A DNA stretch of 64,000 bases from the human T2T-CHM13v2.0 reference genome, Homo sapiens: assembly GCF_009914755.1 (NCBI RefSeq), contig NC_060930.1. One strand, 5' to 3'. Numbering within the stretch: the first letter of the stretch is position 1; every line of letters starts with the position of its first letter. The position numbers and the translations under genes were made by a program. Positions 27,216-40,964 of the stretch are shown here, piece by piece. The notes beneath the pieces were generated by a model. It did not search any database, was not told the DNA's origin, and saw nothing but the letters and a program-made list of their open reading frames with translations.

Positions 27216-28174
27216 CATACATATATATGCATATATATATACACATATATACACACATATATATGTATATACGTATACACACATATACACACACATATAT
27301 GTATATACATATACATGTATATACACACATATATGTATATACATATACATGTATATACACACGTATATGTATATACATATACATGTATATACACACACGT
27401 ATATGTATATACATATACATGTATATACACACACGTATATGTATATACATATACATGTATATACACACATACACACATATATATGTATATACATGTATAT
27501 ACGCACATACACACATATATGTATATACATGTATATACGCACACACACATATATGTATATACATGTATATACGCACATACACACATATATGTATATACGT
27601 GTGTATACGCACATACACACGTATATGTATATACACACATATATGTATATACATATATACACATATATGTATATACACACATATATGTATATACACATAT
27701 ACACACATATATGTATATACACATATACACATATGTATATACACACATACATGTATATACACATATACACATATATGTATATACACATATACACACATAT
27801 ATGTATATACACATATACACATATGTATATACACATATATGTATATACACACATATATGTATATACACACATATATGTATATACACATACACATATATGT
27901 ATATACACACATATATATGTATATACACATATATGTATATACACATATATATGTATATACACATATATGTATATACACACATATATATGTATATACACAT
28001 ATATGTATATACACATATATATGTATATACACATATATGTATATACACACATATATATGTATATACACATATATGTATATACACACATATATATGTATAT
28101 ACACATATATGTATATACACACATATATGTATATACACATATATGTATATATACACACATATTTATATACATAT
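27216..28174. repeat. ~950-bp compound TA/CA/TG microsatellite with strict purine-pyrimidine alternation
   Basis: Recurring sub-units such as ACACATATATGTATATAC; alternation holds from 27216 to 28162. Confidence 0.98.
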
Positions 28175-30876
28175 GGTTTTTGCTGAAACATTAATATGTG
28201 ACTCTATGGAAGACCTCAGATATTTCCATGGTATAAACACTGAATTTTAGACAATGGTAAGTTATTTTGAAATGTTTTGATGTCTATTTGGCAATCATCA
28301 GGGAAGAGTAGGGTCTTATGAGAAGTCTATTGATAAAGTGTAATCTGAATCTAAATGCAAAATACATGATTTATCTGATCTGTTCCTTGTGAAACGTAAA
28401 GAAATGTAGGCATAAGTATCATCATAGAGGGGAACAGTCAGCTTGGAAAATAGTACTGGATATTTGGTAACAATGTTATACATACTAATCTATGTTTGAT
28501 TTTCTCTATTCCTAGTTCATGGGCTATATTATGATCTCAGATATAAGTTAAACATATTTTTTTCTATAATGAAACTAAGAGAAATAGTGACTTGGGGTGA
28601 TTTCTACAAACAAATTATCTACCATACATGTAACCTTAATCCGCCAATAATTTATAGCTTGTGTAAGCAAGCATATTTTTGCAATACTGTGCTTCTCTTT
28701 GAAAGCTCAGGGTGCTTCTGCCTCCTAAGTGTAATTTAATTTATCTTATGAAGTGTATAATAAATTATTTTTATTGATACATTATTGAGGCCCACACGGC
28801 TTAAATGACCATTTTATTATACAGGCTTATACATTTTATTTTACCTTTTCTTTTCCTCTTACATAAAATTGGAAGTAATGAAGACATCAATTTTTATCTT
28901 TAATATAATCTATTAACACTACAGAATCTAGAGTATTAGTGGCTCAAGATCAGGAGCTATTTGGAGACTTAAATTCCATATTTTATGGCTTAGCAAAGTG
29001 AGACATTTAAAAAGTTTACAGTTCATTTCTCATTATCTAAAAATAAATGTGGGGGAAAAATCTTACTCTACCCATGTACGAATGCTTTCTATAATCTGAC
29101 AGTTTGGAAAAACTGCTTTATAAAATGAGTTTTTACAATATGCTACTTTCTTTGATAACTTTATGTCATTTTCCAAATGTGTTTAGACTTGCACTCATAT
29201 TCTAAAGAAACTGTCACACTAAGATATCCCTTATATAAATCTAAATAACAAAAAAGATTCATATGGGCAATTTTATAAAACTTTCTTGTTAAACTTGCAG
29301 TATTTCTTCACATAATTTCTCAAATCATCTCAGAACTATTGTCGATTAAGTTATTCTGCAATTAAAAAGAAAATATTTTTGAAGTATTTATACTAATGAA
29401 ACAATTGATAATCTATAATAATTATCTACATAGTGGAGATCTGCAAGCATGCTTAATCCTTCACTCCACAGTGAATCTTTAAAAAAAAAAAACGAAATTC
29501 TTCTGCCAATAGTCAGAAAGAAGTTACAAAATTGACTAATTTAATTTGTAACTACTTGTCATTTGAAGTGCTAAGATGTATCAATGTGTTCTAAAGACCA
29601 ACAGATTAAAATAACTGGAGTAGCAAAATTCCAGATTACATCAACTTCTGCCTTTGTAACAATCAGGCAGTAAGGGCAGAAAAAAAAAGAGCAAGGTAAA
29701 TGGACAACAGAATGAATCATTTTCACAGACCTTTGTCTCCTCCAACTCAATTCCCTTAATACTCGCATTTGAACTTAAAATTAGCAAGTAGAGTATAGAA
29801 GAAACTCCCCAGAGAAACGTTGGTATAAAAACATCAAATTGTATACTTTAATTACACTATAATTTTTCTTTGAGGGGGATTACTGTCATCTTTGCCAAAG
29901 ATAAAAGCACGTTTATGCCAAAGTTAACATGACAATCCTGAAATTTGAACTTATCTATTTAGCAGAAAGCTTGCAGGAAGTGATAGACTCAAACATCTTG
30001 CTGCTTAACGTTGATATGTCTATAATATTTGGGCAAAATTCTCATTATTTCTTTTATGAATTTGAAAAAGCACTTATTTATTTTTATGTTTTGGAAGTTG
30101 AAATGTGTTCCTGAAAGTGAGAAATCCCTTTTACTTCACCATATGTCATCTTGTCTTTTTGACACTCTAAGCCTGGAAATATCTCAAGTGTGCAGACTTC
30201 TGATTTCCAAATTATCTGCTGCCAAGAAGGGAAGTGGATATCTGAAACTCAGCCACAGACCTTGGCAAATTTCAAATTCAGAATAAAACTTTCACTTTAA
30301 AATTGTGTTCAAAAGTTGAACGGGATTTTTTTATGTCTAATTTGTGTTCTATTCCTATTACCGAATAGTTGGGGGAAATTATTGTAGCCTAGTTTAAAAG
30401 GCTTTTTTTTTTTTTTATCACTAGAGATAAGTTTTGAAGGATTACGATGGGAATTAAAGTTTCTATTCTTTTGCATTTAAATTTAACAATGTAAAGAGTG
30501 ACAAATTCCTACCAGCAGCAATATTGCTGAAGTAAGCATATCTTTTGGGACTTTTTAACAGTGGATGCTACTAGATTTTTGGAGGTATCTGAACATATGT
30601 CTATTCCACAAATTTTGGCTTGTCTAGCAGTATGAATAAATTTTCTGTGATACAGTATGGTGCACCTCTAAACTGAAAAGGAAATGGTGATTTTGCCATG
30701 TCGCTTTTTACATTTTTGTTGTTACTGAAAACGTGCTCTAACTAGAACCCAAAGAAATTGTTATTTCAAATATTCCTCCATTAATAAGAATAATTTTTGA
30801 TCAATTTTCAATAATTTTTTACCAAAGATTCAGGGAGTTTGTATTTGAATGGAAGCAATAAGATATATTCCAGATT

Positions 30877-31012
30877 TTAAAAAATCAGGTTTAGATAGTT
30901 TCATTCATTCAGGAGATCATTTAAGTATCATTTATTACTTATTTCTAACTTTAAAAAGCAGGTTTAGATAGTTTCATTCAGGAGACAATTTCAGTATCAT
31001 TTATTATTATTT
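30877..31012. repeat. Diverged ~70-bp tandem duplication
   Basis: CAGGTTTAGATAGTTTCATTCA..GGAGA..AGTATCATTTATTA occurs twice in tandem. Confidence 0.9.
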
Positions 31013-31102
31013 ATTTTTAATGTTTGTGAGTACCCAGTAGGTATATATATTTATGGGCTACATGAGATATTTTGATACGGGCATACAATGTGTAATAATC
31101 AC
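31007..31102 (-). mobile_element. L1MA (MA1-3-like) extreme 3' end
   Basis: GTAGGTATATATATTTATGGGCTACATGAGATATTTTGATACGGGCATACAATGTGTAATAATCAC. Confidence 0.8.
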
Positions 31103-31739
31103 TATTATGTAATTTTAACTTAAAGTTAAAACAACAAAAATGAACCTTCCAGTTCTAGAAATGACAGGTGATACTAAGTGAAATTCCTCTTGCTACAAAA
31201 ACATAAAACATATCAAATTTGCTAGGAAAAAATCTTCATGTTAAAAAAACACTGACAATTAAGTAATAGCTGCTTGGGGTTTTAAAGGATGCTTGTCTCA
31301 GCAATTGGGAGATTGACTAGATGTAATTCCTACAGAGAGACAAGGGGTAAAACTCTTGGACAAAGTGATGTGGGAGCTGGAGTTGAGATCTTATACATAA
31401 AGCTACACTCTGAAACGATTATAATCTCACTAGAAAAGTGGACAAAGCAAAGTTTGTCTTAAACACCAAGCAATAAGTATTCATGTATGTTTCTGCCTAA
31501 TCATCGGGAGGCAAATGGAGGGAAAAGGAGAAATTTCCTTGAGAATTAACTTTATTTCACAAAAATGAGAGTCTATAATTTATAATACCTAAATTTAGGA
31601 AAATGTCTTAAGAAAATAATTACCAAAATAAAATAAAATAAAACCTTAGGACCAGGAATATCATTGGAACTTTTGGCAAAAACAAACTTGCAACCATTCT
31701 GGGAGCATATTCAAACAAAATATTATGGGTGAAATTTAC

Positions 31740-33060
31740 TTAATTATATTAACAATAATAAATGTAATAAATGCAAATGGAAAAATACTTGCAAATAAAA
31801 GACAATATTTGCAGATAGTTAGGGAAGCTAAATCAACAAGCACCCTAAGTCATAAAGAAGGTCCAGGTACAGTTAAGTAATAATAGTACATAAATGTATA
31901 CAGAGAAAGAGCTGATGTATCTATTAAAAATCATACAAAATAAATTGCAAGAATGTATTATTACGAATAAAAATGGTTTCTATATAATAGAAAAATAATA
32001 AATCAAATAATTTACATATTCAGGATGCTTATATACCAAAGAGCATACTCTCAGTATATAAAAATAAAATTTAGTCCTAATCTAAAAACTATCAAGTTGT
32101 GCTTTTTAAAGATAAAATACTCAATAAAGATCAAGAGAAATTAAAAAAAATAAGTTAAAAAATAAGAAAGTTTGTACTACCAGATACCAAAGCATACTAA
32201 AATTCTATAATAATTAAAACAATTCTGTACTTACCCACAGTCAGAAAGGAACAAAATAAGATCAAGAAACATGTAGTATATACAAGCATCTAATTCATTC
32301 TTAGCAATGGCACTTCTAATCAGTGAGGAAAAAGCAAAAGCAAGCCAAAGAGTGGCACTGAGGTAATTTGGAAACAGATTGTTAAAACTGATCCCTTAAT
32401 TACACCATTTATTCAAAATAGCCTGAATATATTTTTTATGTATCTAAATGGAAGATAATCTGAATAACTACTGAAAAAAGTTAGGATTCCTTTACCATTA
32501 TCTGAAAAGGGGAAGGTTTTCTTAGCATAGAAAAAAATCTCAAAACCATAAATGTTTACAATTAAAATAGAAAACTGTTAATGACACCAAAAATAATATT
32601 AAGGTAATTGAGAGAAAGAGTGAAACAGAAACACTATATAATACAAATTTAATCACTAAAATGTATAAAGTGTTCCTAAAATCCAGCTAAAGGGAAACAA
32701 TGAATAAAATGATATCTCCTTGTTATATTCACTTATTAATAAATATATAATCATAAGACAATATATAATGATATAAATGAATATAATTACAAGGAGATAT
32801 CATTTTATTCCAAGATGTTGACAAACAATTTGGAATATGTTTTGTTTTCTTATAAGTAGGTTATGGAGAAAGAGACACTTTCAAATGGTCTCCATGTAAG
32901 TGTAATTTGGAGTAACATTTTGGAGGATAATTTCACGATAATTATCAAAATTAAATTACTCACCTAAGCTGACCCACCCACATATCGAGCTAAAAACTGG
33001 ACACAGAAGGAGCATCATAAGTAATGTGGAAATGATGTAAATATCCATCATATTACTTGT
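31740..33060 (+). mobile_element. Ancient L1ME-type ORF2/3' relic
   Basis: CTACCAGATACCAAAGCATACTAAAATTCTATAATAATTAAAACA and TGTAAGTGTAATTTGGAGTAACATTTTGGAGGATAATTT; A-rich bias. May extend upstream to ~31140. Confidence 0.65.
32702..32810. repeat. Perfect 22-bp inverted repeat with 65-nt spacer
   Basis: GAATAAAATGATATCTCCTTGT (32702-32723) / ACAAGGAGATATCATTTTATTC (32789-32810). Confidence 0.95.
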
Positions 33061-33134
33061 CAATGCCCTCAAAATTTTACATATGCAAAAGTTATTTTTT
33101 TAGAGAAGCACATGTGTCTTATTTAAGAATTTTT

Positions 33135-33600
33135 ATTTGTATGTGATAAAAATTAATTTCGGCTAGTTTAGCCAAGTAAAAGGGAATATTTCTGAGAAAA
33201 GAGGCCAGGAATCCATTGGCAGAAATGTAACCTAGGCACTTGAGGTACTTAAACAAAAACCTGAAAGATTAAAGCACAAAGTTACCATTTTATTTATATT
33301 CTCCTGATTTTCTGTGCTTGCAGAACTGGAAAACAGCTTTCTCTGTTTCTTAGTCTACATGAAAGAATAAAGCTTCCTATAGCTTCTGAATTCACTTATT
33401 ATGTTTAACACCTACATAGACTAAAGTGCTATCCCAATTATAAATTTACAGAAGACAAAATTAGATTGCCCCAGTTTAAGCCAGCCATCCACTTAAAATA
33501 CAAGACACTCAGTGCATTTAAGTTTCACCCCTGTAAATGGAAGGAGTCATTCCAAGGAAGAAGGAATCATTATGATTTTGGCATCAACCTCAATAAATAA
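33135..33600 (-). mobile_element. Old ERVL-class LTR fragment (LTR33-like)
   Basis: GGCTAGTTTAGCCAAGTAAAAGGGAATATT resembles the antisense end of LTR33/LTR16. Confidence 0.35.
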
Positions 33601-35246
33601 ATGTTTAAAAGAGTGCATGTGTGTATGTGTATGTGTATGTGTGTGTGTTTAAAACTGGAAAGATTTTTTATTCCTGATATATTCTGTTTCCTTTGTAAAG
33701 TAAGCATCTAATTCATCCAAAGCAAGCCAGTGCTTATGTTAAAGTAGGAGGCTCAAGGAGAAAATGAAAATATTGAAGTAGCCTTTGAATAATTGGAAAA
33801 AAGATTTATTAGGTAAATGGTTTGTTCAGTGGCACTTATACTCCAATTGCAGGAGGTTGAAGTCATTCATTCATTTATCTCTAAGTAACTGGAATGCCAT
33901 ATTTTACTATTTTCAATAGAAAGCCTACTGTAGAATTAATGAATGTCTGTGAAAATATTATAGTTGATCTAATGTTGAAGTTTGGTTAAAGATTTGGCAA
34001 AGGCAATTGAGTGTGGAGAAAAGGGAGTCTATGAAATGCATATTAAAAACTAGGTTTAGCGGGAAAACATAAAATAAGGCTCAGATTATTTAATAATTAA
34101 AGAAGGACAAGTCAAGGGACTGGGAAGTTTTAATGAGGTCAAAGTGCGCGTGTTAAAAGTGTCAGGGATGAGAACCCTGGAAGAAAGAGGTGATGGACAA
34201 AGAGTTGGCAGTTGAATTTAAGATTTCAAAGTGGAACACTTCCCACTGATGTCAAGATTCTTAGTGGCTTTGGCAGGCATTGCTAAAATGCAGTAATTAT
34301 AAAGTTCATAACAATCAAGAAAGTCAATGAAGTTTGATGCCAGCCCATTATATTTTTTGTAAATTTGAACATTAAACTTACTAAACATAGGACTTGCGTG
34401 TATGTATTTTAAATGCCAAAGGTAACACTGATAGTAAAACATCTGATTCTACAATCCTATTCTTTATACCTAAACTCTCTGTAATCTTTCACTTACATCC
34501 TTTGATCAGACTAATCAAGCTTAACCGGACAGCTAAATTAATAATTATTTTGATAATTAAAGAGTCTGAAAACTTTTTTAATATATTAAGCTTCAGATAT
34601 TAATGAATCCTAGGTGAGAAGGAAAATATTTAGAATAGAATAAATCATTATTCAAGAATATCTATAATAAGTCTTATCAATTATTTAAAATATCTTAAAA
34701 CCACTTAGACTCCATTTTTACCTATAAATTCTGGAATATTTAACACATATACCAATTTATATATATATATATATATAAATATATATATCATTTACTTTTA
34801 CTGTCGTCAAATCAAAACATTAGTTTTAACTCATATATAATCGTATTTTACACAAGTTAAAAATAGCCATAAGTTAAAAACAGAAAAACATTTAGTTTCA
34901 TAAAGTAAGCTCAGTTCTGTGCCTCTCTATTAGTGAAAAGATAATACACAGAGGAAGCTTTACCATAAGAGGTCCTTTGGGCTCCATTCTGAGATATTCT
35001 GTTGAACTGGAAAAAAGAAACTGGTTTTTCTGTGTTTCTAGTTATAACCTCACTTAGGTAGCCTCAAGAGATTTACCAAACTCTCTGGCAGCCAGTGTTT
35101 TGGTGGTTCTGGTGTATTTGGATATTTTTGGTAATATTAAACAGCATTTGGATAGCCTTTAAATACTTTTGAAATAATATTATGCTCCATAGCAGTGCAT
35201 TTCTTCTTTTTCAGTATTTGTAAACTGTAGCTTGTGCTAATGTATT

Positions 35247-35552
35247 ATTATTATCATTATTATTATTGAGACAGAATTTTGCTCTTGTTGCCCAGGCTGG
35301 AGTGCAATGGTGCCACCTCGGCTCACTAAAACCTCCGCCTCCTGGGTTCATGCCATCCTCCTGCCTCAGCCTCCCTTGTAGCTGGGATTACAGGTGCCTG
35401 CCGCCATGACCAGCTAATTTTTTTGTATTTTCAGTAGAGATGGCATTTCACTATGTTGGCCAGGCAGGTCTTGAACTCCTGACCTCAGGCAATCCACCCT
35501 CCCCAGCCTCCCAAAGTACTGAGATTACAGGCGTAAGCCACTGTGCCTGGCT
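35247..35552 (-). mobile_element. AluSq-like, (TAA)n-type tail
   Basis: GCTCTTGTTGCCCAGGCTGGAGTGCAATGG; decayed 14-bp TSD at 35233-35246 and 35553-35566. Confidence 0.92.
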
Positions 35553-35939
35553 CATACTAACATATTTTTACATAACTTTTATTTCACAAGACAATCAAAC
35601 CAGCCTTTCTTATTGTGCCTTTTCCCCTTCATTTAATATATACCATGTTTCTGCTGGTCATCTTGATGTAACATTCATTCTGATTTTTTCCTCACTCAAT
35701 CATGTTACTATTTGCACGTTAAACTTATATGAGCATCCTAGTTATTCATATGTATTCATTCTCACTTTCTTACTCTTTCACAGACTGTCTTTCCCTTATG
35801 CCTTTTACCACAGGTACCTAAACTTTTCATGATTTTGCCCGTATTTTGGTTACTCCTACCACATCTCAAAGCACCCAAAACAACATCAACAATTGACTTA
35901 AATATTAATTTCTTATTATTTTTTAAATAACTAACTGGG

Positions 35940-36200
35940 TTGACTCAATTTTTTGCTTCACATGGTTTTGGCTAGGGGCACTAGGAACGCTGGAGAGTCC
36001 AAAATGGTCTTACTCACTTGGATGGAGTTTGGTGTTGACTGTGGGATAGAAGCTCAGCTAGGGCTACTGTCTATGTCCTCATTTATACTCAGATTAAATA
36101 GAAGGAAAAATATGCCTGACTTATGTAAAGGGAAACATCATGTTGAGAAACAGCATATGGAATGGGAGATTGTTGCAGTCACCTCTGGGAACACAGTTTA
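35940..36200 (-). mobile_element. Old MLT1-type LTR fragment
   Basis: GCTGGAGAGTCCAAAATGGTCTTACTCAC motif; diverged. Confidence 0.4.
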
Positions 36201-36219
36201 CCAGGATCTACTTAATCAG

Positions 36220-36804
36220 TGTGGCTAGCAGAATTCTAAGATCATTCTCAAAATTCTGTCCCCTAGGCATACAAACCCTGAACAATCTCCTCTCCTTGTG
36301 TGTGGCTGGGAACTGTGTAGAAGATGGGGTAGTAACTCCCCTGATTAGGTCACATCGTAAGGCACAGTTAATATGATAGTCATTTTTGTGATTATGTTGT
36401 GTTTGTGATTCCATCAAAGTTGAATAGAGGGAGATTCTCTTGCTGACATTAAAGAAGTAATCTATGATGTTGTGAGAGGCCACATGGCTACGACCAAAGG
36501 GCAGGCTCTAGAAGCTGAAAGTAGCCCCAGTTTGAGACACAGCAAGGAAATGGGAACCTCAGTCCTACAACTGCAAGAAACTGAACTCTAATAACAAAAT
36601 GGATGACCTTGGAAAATGATCCCTAGCCTCAGATGAGATTGTAGTCCTGACCAAAACCTTAATTTTAGCCAGGCGAGAACCTGAGCAGACAGCCCAATTA
36701 CCCACACATAACCTGATCCATAAAAATGGTGAAATTTAAAAATTCATGTTTTTATGTTGTTAAGTTTGTAATAAATTGTTACATAGCCATAGAAAGCTAA
36801 TACA
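36220..36804 (+). mobile_element. MLT1E/F-type MaLR solo LTR
   Basis: TGTGGCTAGCAGAATTCTAAGAT...CAGCAAGGAAATGGGAACCTCAGTCCTACAACTGCAAG...ATAGAAAGCTAATACA. Confidence 0.85.
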
Positions 36805-38189
36805 ATAATGGAAGAGAAATGATTAATTTCTTTAATTTTCAGATTCAAGTACACATCTTCAAATAACAAACTTTAGTATTTCATAAATTCTCATCCTGAA
36901 CTTGAGGGTTCTCTTTTTCTAAGTCTTCACCATTTGCTTTCATCTCACCAGAATATAACTCCATAAATGCTAAGCACATTCTACTCCTCACTCATGTTAT
37001 TTCTCTCCTTTTCGTATTTTGCTATTACATTAAATAATATCCTCAAAAATATTGTATTGGCTTGGTTTTGTTGCAGCTTGACCTCTTTTCTCATCAAGAG
37101 GGATAGATATTTTCTACCACATATGTTTATGAATATTGTGAAATCGAATGGTTATACTTTTTTCTTCATTGCCACTTGCAAACTGTTATACATCCAGGCT
37201 TTAGTAAAAGTACTATCTCTTAAGAGATTCTTACATTCTCAGCCAAGTAACTTTCTGCCCCTCTGCATTGCCAGCATCAATTATTTTGTGTCACTGCTCT
37301 TAACATTTTAAAATTTGGTTCACACTTCATTCTAACCCTACCAAAATTCCGTGTGATGTGTCTATCCAACACATTTGCTTCATAATTTCTTCATGTACTC
37401 AGCTCCAGATACCTTCACCTCTGCAAATGTTCATTTCCATGACCACCCCCTGGATTTGCATACTTCTCAATTCATTCAAAATTTCAAATATATTTACTTT
37501 TTACTTCAACCCCACTCTGTTTTCCACTAAACGAGATATAATCTTGTTGCACTGACATTGCTAAGGGATTGCCTAGGTCTAGGTCCAAGAGGGCTCACCA
37601 TGTTTGCATTCCAGCCAGGGAGAAAAGTGAAATGGAAGTGAGGCCAGTCCCTTTCTTGAAAGAAATTCTATTTTTCTTTACCATTTTAGTTGTGCTCTTG
37701 AAAGAACACAGCACAGTCAGTGCAATTGTATTACCACATTGCATTAATTGACTATGGCCCCAGCAGCTCTAAAGGAGTAAATTTTGAGTGGCTATGTATC
37801 CAGCTAAAATGTTGGGATTGCCTTACCAAGGGAAGGAAGATGTTAGGTAACATTTTTAGTGTGCTCCAGATGGTAATCAAAGGAGTGTTCCTACGGTTTC
37901 AGGGACTCTAGGGGCATTATTATCTGTTTTCATGCAATACAATTCAGCAGGTAATAAAGAAACTGAATTGGTAGCATTTGATTTACATTACATTTTATAT
38001 TTAAAATTGAGACTCATGATTTAACAAATATGTATAGAGCTAATGGAAGGAATGTTATAAGTTCATACTGCTTCAGTAATCCCAGGAGGTAAAGTCATGA
38101 CAGTGAGTGAATAGAGGCTTAAACTGCTGCTGTTTTCAGCCTTGGCAGGTGTCTATAATTCTCCAGCTTGCCATAACCAGAGGAACAAG

Positions 38190-38400
38190 TAATTTAGAGT
38201 CAGATAAATCTAAATGCTAATGATCATCACAGCTCTACTACATATTTAGTTATTTAGCCTCTTTGAATTTATTTTCCTCATCTGTAAAATAGAGATAATT
38301 GTCATTTCAAAGTTGTTAAGAAGATTAGAGATAAACATGTAAAAAGCCCATTGGTGTCTGGCACAGAGAAGAAACTATAAATGATTAACATTATCATTAG
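38190..38400 (+). mobile_element. MIR SINE
   Basis: Core TTTTCCTCATCTGTAAAATAGAGATAAT and tail TGTCTGGCACAGAG. Confidence 0.85.
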
Positions 38401-40274
38401 TATTTTATGTGCTGCCCCTGTCTTTGCACATAAATTGTTATCATCTCTTTCACTGCTTTATATCTGCCAACCTACTCTTTGCCAGGACCTTCAAAAGTTC
38501 AGTCAATCTTAATTTTAATAACCCAAAACCATTTAGAAATACACTAGACTTTCTGCCTATATTGTGGTAAGGCAAAACATCAAATTCACTTAACTAGCAC
38601 AAATTGGTGTCTAATATGTTTTTTTCCTGATACCCTGATACTTTATTCACCCGATCCACTACTAAACATCCCTCTCAAAAAAACTCTTGACTTTCTCCTG
38701 TCCATTTCCCATTCACAACCCTATAAATCTCAGTAGATGACCTTACCTCCTACATTAGAAAGGACAACACCCAAATTAAATATGAATTTTCACACATATT
38801 CTTGTCCACTCCTCAAAATCCGTTTCCTAACATTCTTTCTAGGATCAATAAAAAAAAACAATTACCACCACCACCACCACTAAAATAAAAAATTTCCTAC
38901 CCTGAAGGCCAATCCCTGCACACACACTCTTAATCCTATTTTTCTTCACCATTTTTTAAGTTATGAATTTATTTTTAAGTGCCTACAGTAAACAAAGTGA
39001 AGATAAATTTTGAAAAGAACCTAGTCTCTGCCCTTGAAGATCTTCCAAAAATCAGAAAGGAAGGGGAAGGGTAAAATGATGGGATGAACACAAACACTAA
39101 CTCATAAGTGCAAATAATAACAACAAATAATTACATACAACCCTCCCTCCTTACCAAGAGGTGGGTGACTTATCTATTCTGAGAAACATGAAGTATTCTG
39201 AGAAAGTTATAACTTGTTTAGAGGCATATCCTACAGAGAGAAATAAATAGCAGAACCCAATGCTTAAATGTGTTTTTTCTCTTACTAACGGAGGCTACTT
39301 TTAAGAAATATCAGCCTTTACATTTTAGTGAAAACGTATTCTGGCGTTAAGAATTCCAAGCCTCTCAAATGTATGAAGGTTACATTCAACAGAATTATTA
39401 ACAACAATAAGAGTTTTAAATATATGACAGAACAAAAAGAAATGAAGTACTGTAATTTTATAAAATTACAAAACAACAACAGAGTTAAACTCAGAAAATA
39501 ACAGACAAGCCAGATTTTCTTCAATAATAAATCTTCTATGATGTAACTGCATAAGTAAAGTATACCCCCAAACAAAGAGGCAAATTGATTTTAAAGGTCA
39601 TAATGATGCTTTGCATTTTTATCTTATACTAGAAAAAATGTAAGATTGATGATGTGTCCTGATATTCTATTAATCATAGACAAATAAAAAATACACATTG
39701 CTATTTATCAAGTAACAAGACATTAACCTGAGCAAGTTTATGGTTGTTTTATTTGAGAGGGCATTTAAGATTTACAAAATCTGAAACATACCTTTAATGA
39801 TTATTTTTTACTATGAGAAAGAGTAGTGAAAATGGAAAACTTTGGCAAGATTTCACCAAGGTTTAGTACATTAAAATATTAGCAAATTGAGTAACTTCAG
39901 CAAATTAAAATCATCTGTGTCTGTACATTTATTTCTCTAACAAGTTTTTCAGCATGTAATTTCTTTGTGTGTATTGAAAAAATAGTTGGATCTCATTCAC
40001 CTGATATGGAAACTGAAAATCCATGAATATTGTTTTACCCATTATTTTCCCCCATTATATTAATTCTACTAATGAGGTCAGAGTTGACATTTTAAATTAA
40101 ATGAGGCTATTAGTGACAGTAGTATTTTGGTATATATTCACTTTGTGTATGTTTGTGGAGTAAATCTTTTAAAAAATACGCACTCATTTTACATCAAGCT
40201 TCAAACCAATTCACAATTCTGTGACTCTGCAATGCACTGGAAGCCTTCTTTTGTCACCCAGAGGCTTTTTTAAA

Positions 40275-40276
<2 letters not shown>

Positions 40277-40315
<39 letters not shown>

Positions 40316-40330
40316 TGTATCTGTGTATGT
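40277..40330. repeat. (TG)n microsatellite
   Basis: Direct reading. Confidence 0.95.
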
Positions 40331-40596
40331 AAAGCCTTAAGAAAAACACCACAAATGCAAATGCAATAATTAATATCCTTTTGCGTGAATGGTGACTAAT
40401 ATGTTTCCAGAATGATGGATAGATGAAAGAGCAAAGAGAACATAGATACTTGGATAATTAGCCAATTTGTCCAAACTAGTTTTTCCTACTCATAATCTCC
40501 AAATTTTTTGTTTTCTTCCATACATCAGTTACTGATGAGTAGCAATTACAAAATAAATTGTACCTAGACATTTGCCAGGTTTATGATTTTCCACTA

Positions 40597-40706
40597 AATA
40601 TACACATATATACACAATACACATACACACATATATACATATATACCAACAAAAATATATATATACATTATATATATACATATTTGTATGTATACACATA
40701 CATATT
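40597..40706. repeat. TA/CA low-complexity tract
   Basis: ATATACACATATATACAC... Confidence 0.8.
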
Positions 40707-40920
40707 TACTTTTTTCAAGAAAAGCAAAACTTTGATTAACCAAGCCAAGCACTTTCCATATCTTGCAAGATGCATCTTCACGTCAGATGCCATTCTGAAC
40801 CTTTGGCAGCTCTGTGCTCCCTCAGAGCAATGGACACTATTATTATAGCACCATGTGCCAACTGTAACACAATCTAAATATAACCACTTGTGGCATTGTT
40901 CATCCCTCATCATGAGTTGC

Positions 40921-40929
40921 TTTTTGTTG

Positions 40930-40964
<35 letters not shown>

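Noticed and set aside
27153-28250. Six overlapping 311-339 aa Tyr/Ile/His/Cys-rich ORFs
   Set aside because: Artefact of RY alternation, which cannot contain a stop codon; no domain or codon structure.
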